Shown here one piece after another: positions 1-11,396 of a stretch of 64,000 bases of DNA (within the stretch, counting starts at the first letter, position 1; every line of letters begins with the position of its first letter). The DNA lies in the IMG/VR virus record IMGVR_UViG_3300050120_000152, positions 276,345-340,344 of that record. One strand, 5' to 3'. The position numbers and the translations under genes are program-made. The notes under the pieces are model-generated. The model had not been told where the DNA came from. It did no database searches and saw only the letters and a program-made list of their open reading frames with translations.

Positions 1-3000
1 GTCAACTAACGAATAGGCATATTGATCATGTTGATTTAATGCGGGATTCCATATAGCAATTTGGTTAACGATTACGCCCGCAGTCTTATCTACAAATACT
101 GAAGAATTTTGCGCATTATAGTTATAGATCAAACAACTTATTTGGACATTATTTAATATAGTTGGATCGGTCGAGAACACCACAACTTGATTATTGATCA
201 TGGTATAATCTTGCTGATTAACTAATGATTTAGTATTCCCATTGGCATCCAAATATGTAATGATAACGCCATCATAAATATCACCCAATGATAATATAAT
301 ACGAGAATTTATATATAATAAATCGCTTTCCTGTAATGATATAATTTGTTTTACTGATGCATTAAAGAAATATGATTGATTGGGGGCTATTTTATTTAAT
401 ACATCGGGCTGATCCCACCATCGGGTATTATCGGTTAAAGCAATTCCAGTAAACGTATCATCTAATGCATTTTCATCTGGTGCAATAAACTCTGCTCTAA
501 ACTCTGCTCCTATAGAATCGGAACGTTTTAATTTTAATTCAATATAATCTTTTTCTTTAGAATCGCCAAATCTAGCTAATTTATATACCCAGAATTCATC
601 TAGAGTGGCTTTATTAAACAAGCTTTGGTTAGTATAGGCATCTATAGCTAAGTTTGTGCCTTTATTCTTAATCATACCACGCCAAAAAATGAAATCAGAT
701 TTTGAATTTACATTCAAGTCCGCCATATAATCTGATTGACCAGAATATCCCAAAGACTTTCTTACTTCTTTAATTAAGGGTTTAGATTCTAATACGTTAT
801 AGGTATCATACATGTAACGTAAATCGGTCACTGCAGATTCAAAGTTTTGCATTAAATCATCATTATGTATAATGAATCCGCCTGTATTTGGTCTTAATGT
901 CATTCCGGGCTGGCGATTGAATTCTACAAAGAAACGTGGAGTTCTTAAACCCAAGAAAGAATCATATATTAAATTGTTTGAAACGGAATAATTATTTAAG
1001 GATAAAATATGTTCATATGCATCAATGAAAGCATGTATTCCGGCAATATATGATGGAAATGCTGAAATGGTATTTGATATAATTTGTTCGTTCGTTAATG
1101 ATATTTGACTATATTCATCATGACGAAGTACCATCAATTTATCATGCGTTAACATTTGACCATACTGATTATATATTCTTTGATTAGTTAAAATATCATT
1201 ACGATCATTACCTATCACATCAGATAAAATACCTTGACTATGATTTATACGCATAGCTTTTTTATAAGGATTTATTAAAAATTGTGGGTAATTTATTTGA
1301 GGTCTATAAATTTTGAATGATGATATGCCCGATCCTGATGTACTAAATGGTATAAAGATGCCCGCTAATGCATCGGAATTGGTATAAGCTAACTGAAAAC
1401 CCATTCCATCAGATGATGGAATGACATAATAAGGAACGAACTGCTTTAATGGATTATCAAATGGTTGTGGTAGTATTGAAGCATCAGATGCTGTTATCAC
1501 TACTCGTTGCGCTTTATTGATTTGTGCACTAGGAATTGAAACATTAGAATCAGTATATAGAAATCGACTATTTACATAATCAGATTTTATTTGATATTCA
1601 AGATCGGTAGTTTGTTGTGATGTTGAAAGGACGTATAACCAATCGATAAAATATTCTATTTCTAATTGCCAATCATTTAATCTTCCAGTATTAGGATCAG
1701 AGTTATCAATGTCTTCCGTCATTGTTGAGAACCCGATGCTTGCTAGATAATCGGAATATCCATCAATAAAATCTATCATTTGTTGTATATTTGTAATATA
1801 CAACGGTTGAGAGGCATTTATAATGGTTCTAGTATCTGAGTAATGCTTTCTCCATGAGGTATTAACAGCATTTCCACCCAATGCTTTGAAGGTGGTTTGA
1901 ATACGTCCTACAAATGGTGCAGATAATGATGTAGTCAAAGGTGTTATAGCACCCTTATTAGCTAAAGCTGCATCAGGATTATTACTCAAGGAAAATGAAT
2001 AATTATCCAATCTAATAAGATAATATGGAATGAATTCGTTAAATGGTGCAGGTAATGCCGTATCAGTTGTTAAATATAATTCGGTTCCCGTTACCCAATC
2101 ATCAGGTAATGTTCTACGAACAGATGGATAGATTTGCCCATCTATGGTATCAGAGGTTAAAGTTATAGTTTCATTGACAAATATTTTTGTTGATGAGTTA
2201 GCAATATCATAATAAATTGATTTTATTGTGTATGTACCGTTGAACTGTGTCGAATGGTTGATGACAAATGAAGTTCCTTCGACAAATGAAGTTGTTAAAT
2301 TACCACTCAAATCAAAATATTGTTGGAATAAAAATCCAGTGTTAATAGATGCTGATATACCAGCATAATTATCATGTAAAGTAGAAAATAGACCATTATC
2401 ATTGATGGTGATAGTTGTGTTTGCCTGAATGACGATATTTCCGTTACTTAAGTAAGCTGATGCCGCCGTACCTAATTGGTCATTCAATGTTATAATAGCT
2501 GCACTAATTGTAGGAGCATTAGTAGTATTTAATGTTAATATAATTGAATCAGAGCCGATACTAATTGATGCGGTATATGACATTGTACCAATATAGTTAG
2601 TCGAATTACTTAAATCAGCAGTTTCACTATAATTTATAGTTGAAATAGTAGCAGGGGTAGCAATACCAGCATCAATAATATCATATACGGAAATTTCAAA
2701 TACCGGATTGCCAGTCAAAGATTTAAACCCAAAGTTTTCTTTTGGATAATATAAAATATTGGTATTTGTGGGCGATGTTGATCCAAATTGTACTGTCCAC
2801 CCTGTACCTAAATTACGTGTTTTTGAATATTTTGATGGTGAATTTAATACAGTACCAATCAATGAATCAAAACTTATATCATTGAATCCAAATGTTTTCT
2901 TTACATTTATTGTATAATCTTTGTTTGTAATATCAAAATTTTCATTATCGATATTTAAAGATGGGGTATCAATATATGAACCTATTAGATAGGATAGTTG

Positions 3001-6000
3001 GGTATCCCATGTTTTCCAATATGATCTGAATTGTGATGCCTCGCCATCATAACCATGATATCTATTATAATTAATGTACCATTGATTTAAGCCGTTAGAA
3101 TAGAAAGCTTTTCCATTAGCATCAATGTCACCATGGAAAATAGTATCTTTATGAGAAAATACTCGTTTTGTGGTATCATCTACATTTAAGCAATTTATCT
3201 TTTGTAATTTATTACCATTAAACGTCTCATAATTAAAATTAATAGGATCAATCTTAAATGATACTATCATCTGATCGTACAAATATTGCGCAGAAGTCTT
3301 CCATTCCCATTCATTGGGGTTTCCATCACCAAATGTATAATCTACATTTGGTGTGATAATTTCCTGATTTAAATTGGCATCATATGGTGTTCTAATTTTT
3401 GCGGCCGTAGTATTCGCACTATTCCAAAAGGGTGGTAATAAATCATCAGGATTATAACCATCTAATGTAGGAGTAGCTGCCATATTTACTGGTATGTAAA
3501 GATATGTTATTCCAGCTTGGCCTACTAATCCAGAGGACATATTACCATTAGGTAATATTTTACCTGACGGTACTGTACCATTGATAATATTGTTCCACAT
3601 GAAACCATTCCAATGTCTTATACCAGTATTGTCGTGGTATATAGAATCCCACCATGTTGGTTTATCTTTATAATTTTGTAATTTCCACGGCTCAAGGTTT
3701 GGATATGGGGTTTGGTATAATTTGGTGTACAAACTTTGGTAGCTAGATGCTAAATCATGTGACACGTTTCCTGTAACTGGATGTTCTTGAATTGTTGTAA
3801 ATTCATAGTTCCATGTAAATGCATTGTTTGTTCTGAAATATGTATTCGTCAATGGAGTAGCAATATTACTATATGATGCCCATGCCCCAAATTGAGTGGC
3901 ATTTAAATTTATAAATCTATTATTTGTATTATTTGTAGTAGCGTCATATATTAAATTATCGTATATTGGACAAGCATCATACAAATTCTGTTCAACTTGT
4001 AACATGACATTAGCTAATATTTGATGGAAATCTACCAATTCCCATATAGTTGAAGTTGCTAATCTATATAATTTTCTAGTTTTTGCAACTGTATTAACAC
4101 GAATTATTAAACTCCCAAATGACACGCCATTTGGAAATGGCGTGTCATCTGACGAGACGGTTTGCTGAATTATACTAACCTGTTGTAATAATGTAGCAAA
4201 AAATAATTGAATTACTGATGGTTGAAGAATAATGTCCTGAATATGTCCATCATGGCACGATACGGCATTTAGTTTTAATTTATCGTCAAATAAAGTGTAA
4301 CAAACTTTCTTTTCAGCTAAACCAAAATAGGGAAGTGTTGCAACCCAATTTTCCATACCAACGCCAGTAGATTGATTATAAGTTGTGCTATCGCCAAACC
4401 ATTCATTAAATTTTTCGTTTGATTTGTAAATGGTTATTAACAAATTATTTAAATATGTTTGAAAAGATGATAGCGATGTATATGAAGTTTGATTTACTAA
4501 TGATGATACAATATTTTTTATATATTCTTCTTGAATGAAATTATATCCATTTAAATACTGATCATGGCCGAATTGTATCAATTGTAGCGGGTTTACATTA
4601 TTAACTAATGTAGATGATATAGATAAATCCATCCCATTATTATGTTCTTTAATTGTACCACCTAATCCATAATTTATATTATCACTTAAATGAATTTGAT
4701 TGATGTTTGTAGAATTTGGCACCCCCGGTACTTTTTGTGCTAAAATAATACTATTAAAATGTGATAGACATTCAGACAAATTAATATCTGATCTAAGTTG
4801 ATGATCAATATTATAATACCATGGATTAGGCAATTCCCATGAACCATCAGCTAATAATTGTGGAACATATTGCTCATTGTTTAATCCACGTTTCCATATA
4901 GTTTGCAATGGATAATTTGGTTGTGAAAAGTTTTTATATGAATATAATTCACCTGTATCTGGATTAGATAGTTCTTGTACAAACCCATAATCATTCGTTA
5001 ATGTATTATTGACGATTCGCTTAAGAATATAATTATTAACGGGATAAGTTTGATCTTCACGATATGTAAATATTCGCGATGCTATGGTTTCGGCCTTTCC
5101 TTCTACATCATATACAGTAAACCAAGGGTAAATATTAGTGGTATCCTTGCTTTGTTCAATTTTTCTAAATGATGTTATATTCAACAATTCATACGGAATC
5201 GTAGGGTCTACTAGGTTAGCATTAGTAACCATAGTTACAGCACGACGGCCAATATCACTCAAAGCATATTCGCCCAGTTCAATACGGAGTAAATCATCTT
5301 TACCTAACGATACTGATTGGTCAAAAATGATAGTACCGACATAATCAGGGTAAATATCGGATCGGCTATCTTGATAATTACCGTATTGACGAATATTATT
5401 AATATACACCCGAAGATCGCCTTCCTGATAGTCATCATAAAGAACTAACTGATGTAAGGAATTGTCAAATCTAATAGCAACACCAATATTATAATCATTT
5501 ATATAAGAGAATGTCTGCCACATCAAACCGACATTGGTTTCATAACCTGCTCCTATATTAGAATAGGATGTTACGAAGACTTGTAACATGGGGTTAGGTA
5601 CTGGTGCAATACTTGTTGCAGATACATCTTTAACACCGTAGAACATCCAATGTTTATCATAACCCAACCATTGATCACCGGCTACTGTTTTTTCTGGCCC
5701 AACGGAAGACCCAACCGGAATATCAAATGGATTTGCTATATTCACCGTTAATGTTATATAGGATTGATACATTGAGTTAGGAGTTTGCTGGGTATAGGCT
5801 ACATTGGATACGACATAATATCCATTATTACCTACTGTACCCGATATCTTTATTCTTGAACCAATGGCAATATCATTGGTAACATTACCTAATGAGGGTG
5901 CCAATAAAATAGTATTTTCAGTTACAAAAATATAAGCCGGATTCAATGGATCGATATTAGTGATATCTGAAATTTCAAATAATGTTGGTTCGAAAATAGT

Positions 6001-7674
6001 GTCGGAATAGATGTTAGATGTTAATGTTCTATATTTCCAATTATAAGTCGTTAATGACGTTGTAGATAGCTCTAGGAATGGATCGAACTCTATGATAGGT
6101 AGTTGTGCGCGAATTTTACCAGAGAATGACTGTAACTCATTCTTATGAACCCACTGATTGCTTGCTGACCATGGATCGGTTTGCGTTAATGACAATTTAT
6201 ATCGTTGATGTGCCGCTTCAACTAATAATGAAATATGATATACTTGTGGCACCCAATCGTGTCCAGACCATTGCATAATTACATCATTCACCGAATCTAT
6301 CCATATTTGATAGATTGTGGGGAACGATGGCGCAGTTGCACTTACGAGATAATCATATATGGTTTGTCTTACGATAGTGTAATGTAAATCTTCTTTAGTG
6401 AACATACGAATAGCGGCATCAACACCAATAAAATTATGTTGCACGGAAATAATGGTATATGATCCGCTATTAGCACCATTAGTTAATTGTAAAATATCTC
6501 CCGGTCTGATTTCATTTGTAATAAAATCATAAGTAGTATCGTATATACCATGATTACCTAAGAAAGAATACCCGTTGGTTGAACTCAATAACGGCAAATT
6601 CCTATCCCAGATTAATGATCCTAAATTGATATCATTCCACATGGAATTATATTGAATAATAGAATCATCTGTGATGGAATTATATTCAGCATCCGCCAAT
6701 GATGCCATAGGCATCATTGAAATTGTATGCCATGCGTCTGCGGCTGCAACAAGTTGATTTACTATAATCTTTGTACTATTAGTAGAAACATTGAAGGTTG
6801 ATGTAGTAGTAGACCATAACGTATCATAAATGATATTAGATTTGGTTAAAAATATATAATCTTTAGTAAATATTTCACTTAAATCTCCCGCAACTATGAA
6901 TGAATTATCATTACCTGTAGACAATATAGATAATCCAAAATTACACATTCCGGTGAATGTACTTCCATCCATATTATTCAATACACTAATTTGTGTTAAG
7001 CCTGTGGTAGGATTTAATGATATGGATGATATTTGATTAATCGCTGAGCCTGTAGTATTGTTGTTTTGAGTCAATAATATATAATCATATGCCTTGAAAG
7101 ACGATAAAATGTTTCCTTGGACAGTTATGTTAAAAGAATCGAGTTGGGTAACCGCAAATACTGGATTGACCTTGTTTATAGTATTTTTATATTCTGTACT
7201 TCTACCCAATGCCCAATTAGTTTCATTTTTTATGGTTATATAATCGGGAACATCATTAATATTGGGAGAATTCCAATAATAGTCTTGATAATTAATTAAT
7301 TTATCAATGTCGATAGGTGGCGCATAGTTAAATTGAAGAGTTTTACCCCATTCATTAAATTGGGTAATATCTACATCAAGTCTAGACAAACGTTGTAAAT
7401 AATCTTGAAAAGTTAAATATGCTGTTTCGGAACCTACGGCAACAGATGCCACCGGCTGTAACTGTTCAGTCTGACGATAAATTGTTTTTTCTATGATTTG
7501 CTTTAATGGATTATTTGGATCAACATCACCGATAATACCAACAACATGTTGGTATTCATCCTTTGTTAAAAAACGATTGAACAAATTTTCATTTATATTT
7601 TTAAGAAAAGCCGACTGAAGTTGCGCTGGCAGATAATCATTTAAATTTGTTCGTTGCTTTGTGTAATCACTCAT
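1..7674 (-). CDS. Giant virion structural (baseplate-associated) protein, >2558 aa, 3' end runs off the window
   Basis: ATG at 7674 (MSDYTKQRTNLNDYLPAQLQSAFLKNINENLFNRFLTK...). Frame open wherever spot-checked (e.g. ...EPWKLQNYKDKPTWWDSIY... near 3650, ...HDQYAYSLVD at base 1). TAAATA motif upstream. Absent from the ORF track, presumably because no stop lies in the window. Confidence 0.85.
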   Translation of the reverse strand, partial: MSDYTKQRTNLNDYLPAQLQSAFLKNINENLFNRFLTKDEYQHVVGIIGDVDPNNPLKQIIEKTIYRQTEQLQPVASVAVGSETAYLTFQDYLQRLSRLDVDITQFNEWGKTLQFNYAPPIDIDKLINYQDYYWNSPNINDVPDYITIKNETNWALGRSTEYKNTINKVNPVFAVTQLDSFNITVQGNILSSFKAYDYILLTQNNNTTGSAINQISSISLNPTTGLTQISVLNNMDGSTFTGMCNFGLSILSTGNDNSFIVAGDLSEIFTKDYIFLTKSNIIYDTLWSTTTSTFNVSTNSTKIIVNQLVAAADAWHTISMMPMASLADAEYNSITDDSIIQYNSMWNDINLGSLIWDRNLPLLSSTNGYSFLGNHGIYDTTYDFITNEIRPGDILQLTNGANSGSYTIISVQHNFIGVDAAIRMFTKEDLHYTIVRQTIYDYLVSATAPSFPTIYQIWIDSVNDVIMQWSGHDWVPQVYHISLLVEAAHQRYKLSLTQTDPWSASNQWVHKNELQSFSGKIRAQLPIIEFDPFLELSTTSLTTYNWKYRTLTSNIYSDTIFEPTLFEISDITNIDPLNPAYIFVTENTILLAPSLGNVTNDIAIGSRIKISGTVGNNGYYVVSNVAYTQQTPNSMYQSYITLTVNIANPFDIPVGSSVGPEKTVAGDQWLGYDKHWMFYGVKDVSATSIAPVPNPMLQVFVTSYSNIGAGYETNVGLMWQTFSYINDYNIGVAIRFDNSLHQLVLYDDYQEGDLRVYINNIRQYGNYQDSRSDIYPDYVGTIIFDQSVSLGKDDLLRIELGEYALSDIGRRAVTMVTNANLVDPTIPYELLNITSFRKIEQSKDTTNIYPWFTVYDVEGKAETIASRIFTYREDQTYPVNNYILKRIVNNTLTNDYGFVQELSNPDTGELYSYKNFSQPNYPLQTIWKRGLNNEQYVPQLLADGSWELPNPWYYNIDHQLRSDINLSECLSHFNSIILAQKVPGVPNSTNINQIHLSDNINYGLGGTIKEHNNGMDLSISSTLVNNVNPLQLIQFGHDQYLNGYNFIQEEYIKNIVSSLVNQTSYTSLSSFQTYLNNLLITIYKSNEKFNEWFGDSTTYNQSTGVGMENWVATLPYFGLAEKKVCYTLFDDKLKLNAVSCHDGHIQDIILQPSVIQLFFATLLQQVSIIQQTVSSDDTPFPNGVSFGSLIIRVNTVAKTRKLYRLATSTIWELVDFHQILANVMLQVEQNLYDACPIYDNLIYDATTNNTNNRFINLNATQFGAWASYSNIATPLTNTYFRTNNAFTWNYEFTTIQEHPVTGNVSHDLASSYQSLYTKLYQTPYPNLEPWKLQNYKDKPTWWDSIYHDNTGIRHWNGFMWNNIINGTVPSGKILPNGNMSSGLVGQAGITYLYIPVNMAATPTLDGYNPDDLLPPFWNSANTTAAKIRTPYDANLNQEIITPNVDYTFGDGNPNEWEWKTSAQYLYDQMIVSFKIDPINFNYETFNGNKLQKINCLNVDDTTKRVFSHKDTIFHGDIDANGKAFYSNGLNQWYINYNRYHGYDGEASQFRSYWKTWDTQLSYLIGSYIDTPSLNIDNENFDITNKDYTINVKKTFGFNDISFDSLIGTVLNSPSKYSKTRNLGTGWTVQFGSTSPTNTNILYYPKENFGFKSLTGNPVFEISVYDIIDAGIATPATISTINYSETADLSNSTNYIGTMSYTASISIGSDSIILTLNTTNAPTISAAIITLNDQLGTAASAYLSNGNIVIQANTTITINDNGLFSTLHDNYAGISASINTGFLFQQYFDLSGNLTTSFVEGTSFVINHSTQFNGTYTIKSIYYDIANSSTKIFVNETITLTSDTIDGQIYPSVRRTLPDDWVTGTELYLTTDTALPAPFNEFIPYYLIRLDNYSFSLSNNPDAALANKGAITPLTTSLSAPFVGRIQTTFKALGGNAVNTSWRKHYSDTRTIINASQPLYITNIQQMIDFIDGYSDYLASIGFSTMTEDIDNSDPNTGRLNDWQLEIEYFIDWLYVLSTSQQTTDLEYQIKSDYVNSRFLYTDSNVSIPSAQINKAQRVVITASDASILPQPFDNPLKQFVPYYVIPSSDGMGFQLAYTNSDALAGIFIPFSTSGSGISSFKIYRPQINYPQFLINPYKKAMRINHSQGILSDVIGNDRNDILTNQRIYNQYGQMLTHDKLMVLRHDEYSQISLTNEQIISNTISAFPSYIAGIHAFIDAYEHILSLNNYSVSNNLIYDSFLGLRTPRFFVEFNRQPGMTLRPNTGGFIIHNDDLMQNFESAVTDLRYMYDTYNVLESKPLIKEVRKSLGYSGQSDYMADLNVNSKSDFIFWRGMIKNKGTNLAIDAYTNQSLFNKATLDEFWVYKLARFGDSKEKDYIELKLKRSDSIGAEFRAEFIAPDENALDDTFTGIALTDNTRWWDQPDVLNKIAPNQSYFFNASVKQIISLQESDLLYINSRIILSLGDIYDGVIITYLDANGNTKSLVNQQDYTMINNQVVVFSTDPTILNNVQISCLIYNYNAQNSSVFVDKTAGVIVNQIAIWNPALNQHDQYAYSLVD

Positions 7675-7739
7675 CAAGAGAATCCATCATTAGATTGTAT
7701 GATCTATTTATTCACGGAAACTTAAAGTTTTTTCTGTGT

Positions 7740-10634
7740 TTAAAATTGTTGAAGCATAGAAGGAGTCAGTGAAGTTACTATGTTAATATTATCTACTGAT
7801 ATACTTGGTTGAATAATTTCATTTTCCTTTGCATATACTTGAAACATATCACCGAATATATGTGTGTTATAGGTTGGGACTAACACAATGGAACTTATAT
7901 CATTTGGTAATGTAGTATGAATGTATGTTGCAAGTTCGGTGAAATAAAATGTTTGACCAAATTCCCATTGATTGATATCAAAATATGCGTTGATAGCGTC
8001 TACAATAGCGGTCTTTACCTGATTATTGGTAAGTGTTGTATTTTGTGATCTTATAACCTTAAACGATGCTTGCAAGGTGTTATTTGCGTTAGCACCAAAT
8101 AATACTTTAATACTCCCCGAATGTAATATAATCTCATCACTAATCATTTTACTTTGTAGTAAATATCCATAATCATTTTTCAATTCAAATGGGGTAGGTG
8201 GGGTAGGTTGAATTAATATTTGCCCTGTTAACCATTGACGTAATAAATTATAATATCCACGAGTAATTATATACGAATCTATTATATTCGATGGTGCCGG
8301 GTCAACCAAATGATAACGGGGTGTTCTATGCATCCATAAGAAATTGATATTCTCTCTACCCATCTCAACTTTCCATAGATTGGTACCAGCAGTTTGATCG
8401 GCATTATAGGATGCTACAGTAGCTGTCGAATATGGGACATATGACCATTCACATCCTGATACACACGCTCTATTAAAGTACACTAGTGTAGCCGGGGATA
8501 TCAAATAAGATAATGTGACATAATCTGGTATACCATCACCATTAATATCGCCCGGTAATAATATTAGATCATTGATACTATCTAACCCTTTATTTTCACC
8601 TGTTTCATAGACATATTGACTAACAACATTTAAATTATAATTAGTAGTTAGTATATGGTTATTTGGATCAGTGTTAGCAGATAAAACTACAATTTGGTCA
8701 TAATTACCATTTAAAGTATCATAAGTGATAGTTTTAGCTTCAGTATTGGTAATCCAAAAATCCAATCCACTACTATGCATAATAACGCGTTTAGCTAGAA
8801 ATTGTATATCCCAATAATAATCAGTTTGTGACTCTATAGAAATCCAATAACTTTGTGGTACTGTTAGCGAAACCTGCCATGTATTAGTAGGAACATCGTA
8901 GTTTAAATAAACTGTTTGTGGTAATGCATTAACCGCGTTAGATAATGCAGCCTGTATTTGCATGGCTTCCAGTGTAGTAAATTGTGTGCGGATAAGTTGG
9001 GGTATAACACCAAATAGTAATGATTTTGTATAAAATTCATCTGTTGATAAAATAGGTTGAATATAGTTTGTAACCAATGCCATAGTTAAATTAACATTAG
9101 CGCCAAAATCTGGAGCAGGTAATGATCCGGGTGCTATTAACTTATCAACGGAATAACTATTAAAATATATAACACCATCATCAGAAAACATTTTTACATT
9201 ATCATAATATTCTCGTGGATCATGCCATTCAATATATTTTGAATCACCGGCAAATGTTCTATTAATAGCTCGTAATTTTAATATAGAATTATCTTGTAAC
9301 ATGAATTGATTATAATCTTGACCATTAACCATACGATCTTGAGTATAATATGCTGCTGGTGCTATTCTTCGGATATGTTCTATATCTTCTGATGGTGAAG
9401 CATTCTGGATAGAATCAACAAGTGAAAACGCAAATGTTAGTGTTTGTTTTTTGCCATTATTGTCAGCATAGGCGATACTATTTGACATATTTTGAATAGC
9501 ATTAGCAGGAATGACGGCATCACTATTTGCCGATATTCTTGACCATATTTCAAATGATCCAGATGGAATAGCTGCGAAATTACCGTCACCAAATACTAAT
9601 CTAAATTCATCATTATCTAAGGTTTCAATTTCATACTTATTCATGTTAGTATTAGTATTGAAAATAATGTTTTGACCGTTGGCTACGTCAACCTGCATCC
9701 ACTCGCCTGCACGAAGAGTACTACTACCATCGCCAACAATAATAGCACCATTAGAATCGATATTATTTAACCATACGTCAGTATTATTAGAATTTTCTAT
9801 CAAAACATCAAATGTTTGGTTTGGTGTTACACCATCAAATACAGTTGTAGTGCGCTGTAACTTCCCCTGTTTTGTAAAGAAAAAGAATCCAGTATTATCG
9901 GAGGCGTCACCAAGACCATCTGAAAGATATAGAATATTCGTACCTAAATTCTTTTCAGGCCGTTTTTCGTAAGGCCCATTAACATCCAATGATGCACTAA
10001 CCAATTCCATTGGATAGGTAACCCCAGATACGTTTATATTATATGATATTACATTGTTATTTAATGGGTTATTATTTAATCCATAGAGTTCAAACACCAC
10101 ATCTTGTACTTGAATGCGATCTGATGGTAAAACTGAACCAAAATTTTGTGCTAATACTCGATTGAGGACAATGAGAAATTGATCTTTCCATTGAGAATTG
10201 TTAGGATCATTCCATAAAATAGTAATATTGGTTAAATTATTACCACGAGAATCAAATACCGATTCGGTAGTCGATATAGATGTAATTTTTACTAAACCTC
10301 TAGCTGGAATATTACGCGATGCATTGTATGATAATAATTTAGCTAATCGCAATACAGATTCTTTTCTATCTGCTTGAGTAACAATATTTTCGTGAGCATT
10401 CATATCTTGTCGATATGCTATCAATTCACCAACATAAGCAAATAATTCTAATATAGCAATAAGTTCTGAAGATTCAATATAATCATTAAAATCTTCTTCA
10501 GGATAATATAATTTCAAATAGTCAAGTAATGACTTTTTGATGCTATCAAAATCCCAAGCAGTAAAATTAATTTGTTGGAAGGCTGTGTAAGCCATTTCCC
10601 ATGTTTCTGCTCGGTTAATTACTCTGGCTACCAT
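7740..10634 (-). CDS. Baseplate wedge subunit, T4 gp6-like
   Basis: N-terminal DFDSIKKSLLDYLK..EDFNDYIESSEL..LELFAY, FGDGNF and QDRMVNGQDY motifs typical of gp6/baseplate J-like proteins. Confidence 0.85.
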   Translation of the reverse strand: MVARVINRAETWEMAYTAFQQINFTAWDFDSIKKSLLDYLKLYYPEEDFNDYIESSELIAILELFAYVGELIAYRQDMNAHENIVTQADRKESVLRLAKLLSYNASRNIPARGLVKITSISTTESVFDSRGNNLTNITILWNDPNNSQWKDQFLIVLNRVLAQNFGSVLPSDRIQVQDVVFELYGLNNNPLNNNVISYNINVSGVTYPMELVSASLDVNGPYEKRPEKNLGTNILYLSDGLGDASDNTGFFFFTKQGKLQRTTTVFDGVTPNQTFDVLIENSNNTDVWLNNIDSNGAIIVGDGSSTLRAGEWMQVDVANGQNIIFNTNTNMNKYEIETLDNDEFRLVFGDGNFAAIPSGSFEIWSRISANSDAVIPANAIQNMSNSIAYADNNGKKQTLTFAFSLVDSIQNASPSEDIEHIRRIAPAAYYTQDRMVNGQDYNQFMLQDNSILKLRAINRTFAGDSKYIEWHDPREYYDNVKMFSDDGVIYFNSYSVDKLIAPGSLPAPDFGANVNLTMALVTNYIQPILSTDEFYTKSLLFGVIPQLIRTQFTTLEAMQIQAALSNAVNALPQTVYLNYDVPTNTWQVSLTVPQSYWISIESQTDYYWDIQFLAKRVIMHSSGLDFWITNTEAKTITYDTLNGNYDQIVVLSANTDPNNHILTTNYNLNVVSQYVYETGENKGLDSINDLILLPGDINGDGIPDYVTLSYLISPATLVYFNRACVSGCEWSYVPYSTATVASYNADQTAGTNLWKVEMGRENINFLWMHRTPRYHLVDPAPSNIIDSYIITRGYYNLLRQWLTGQILIQPTPPTPFELKNDYGYLLQSKMISDEIILHSGSIKVLFGANANNTLQASFKVIRSQNTTLTNNQVKTAIVDAINAYFDINQWEFGQTFYFTELATYIHTTLPNDISSIVLVPTYNTHIFGDMFQVYAKENEIIQPSISVDNINIVTSLTPSMLQQF

Positions 10635-10660
10635 TTTGATCCTGAAATTAGTCTAATTAT

Positions 10661-11038
10661 TTATACGGAGCTACTAGCAAAATTAATTTGTATACTCATT
10701 TGATCGCTATAATTCAAATAAGTATAATATACATCGGCAAATACCATCAAAGCATTTTGATCATATAATGGAATGACTCGCAAATCTTGTAATTGTACGC
10801 GAGGCTCATTTTTAAATACTGTGGTGATATCTTCTTCAACTATATACACCGTAGTATCATCCAAGGGATCAAACATAAGATCGGGAATGCTGGTGCCATA
10901 ATTAAACATCATCACACGTTCCCCTCGGCGAGTGTAAATATTATTAAGTATATCTTGTTTAATAATATCCACATTTCGCATTATCAAATCTTTATTATAC
11001 TGATATTGTAATGATGAAAATCCAACGTATGCGTCCAT
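10661..11038 (-). CDS. Baseplate wedge subunit, gp25-like
   Basis: IKQDILNNIYTRRGERVMMFNYGT..LMFDP..EPRV gp25 signature. Confidence 0.9.
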   Translation of the reverse strand: MDAYVGFSSLQYQYNKDLIMRNVDIIKQDILNNIYTRRGERVMMFNYGTSIPDLMFDPLDDTTVYIVEEDITTVFKNEPRVQLQDLRVIPLYDQNALMVFADVYYTYLNYSDQMSIQINFASSSV

Positions 11039-11067
11039 AGTATACTCTATAATCTATTATTTATCTT

Positions 11068-11394
11068 TTATCTGCGCCAGAACTGACCGCGCGGTAAAAT
11101 ATCAATACCTTCAACACGATTAATAGATTTTGATGATTCACCGCCATCATCTACGAATTGTGGATTGTGACTAGTATTATACTTACATTCTGGGTTAGGT
11201 GAATTTGCGGATGGGGTATCTCCCATCATAGTTCTAGGCCATGGTTCATGTGCGGGAACCCTATTAGTCCAAGGTGCAGCATCAGTAAAAGACAAACATG
11301 AAGGTGTTGCGGCAGTAGGCAGTACACCAGCATAGGATGAGCCTAAATTAATTGGAGTAAACCCTGTAACTACATTTTCATTTATGCTTATCAT
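11068..11394 (-). CDS. Hypothetical baseplate-associated protein (RVPAHEPW motif)
   Basis: 108-aa ORF starting 2 nt after the gp5-like stop, in the same operon. Confidence 0.6.
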   Translation of the reverse strand: MISINENVVTGFTPINLGSSYAGVLPTAATPSCLSFTDAAPWTNRVPAHEPWPRTMMGDTPSANSPNPECKYNTSHNPQFVDDGGESSKSINRVEGIDILPRGQFWRR

Positions 11395-11396
11395 AA

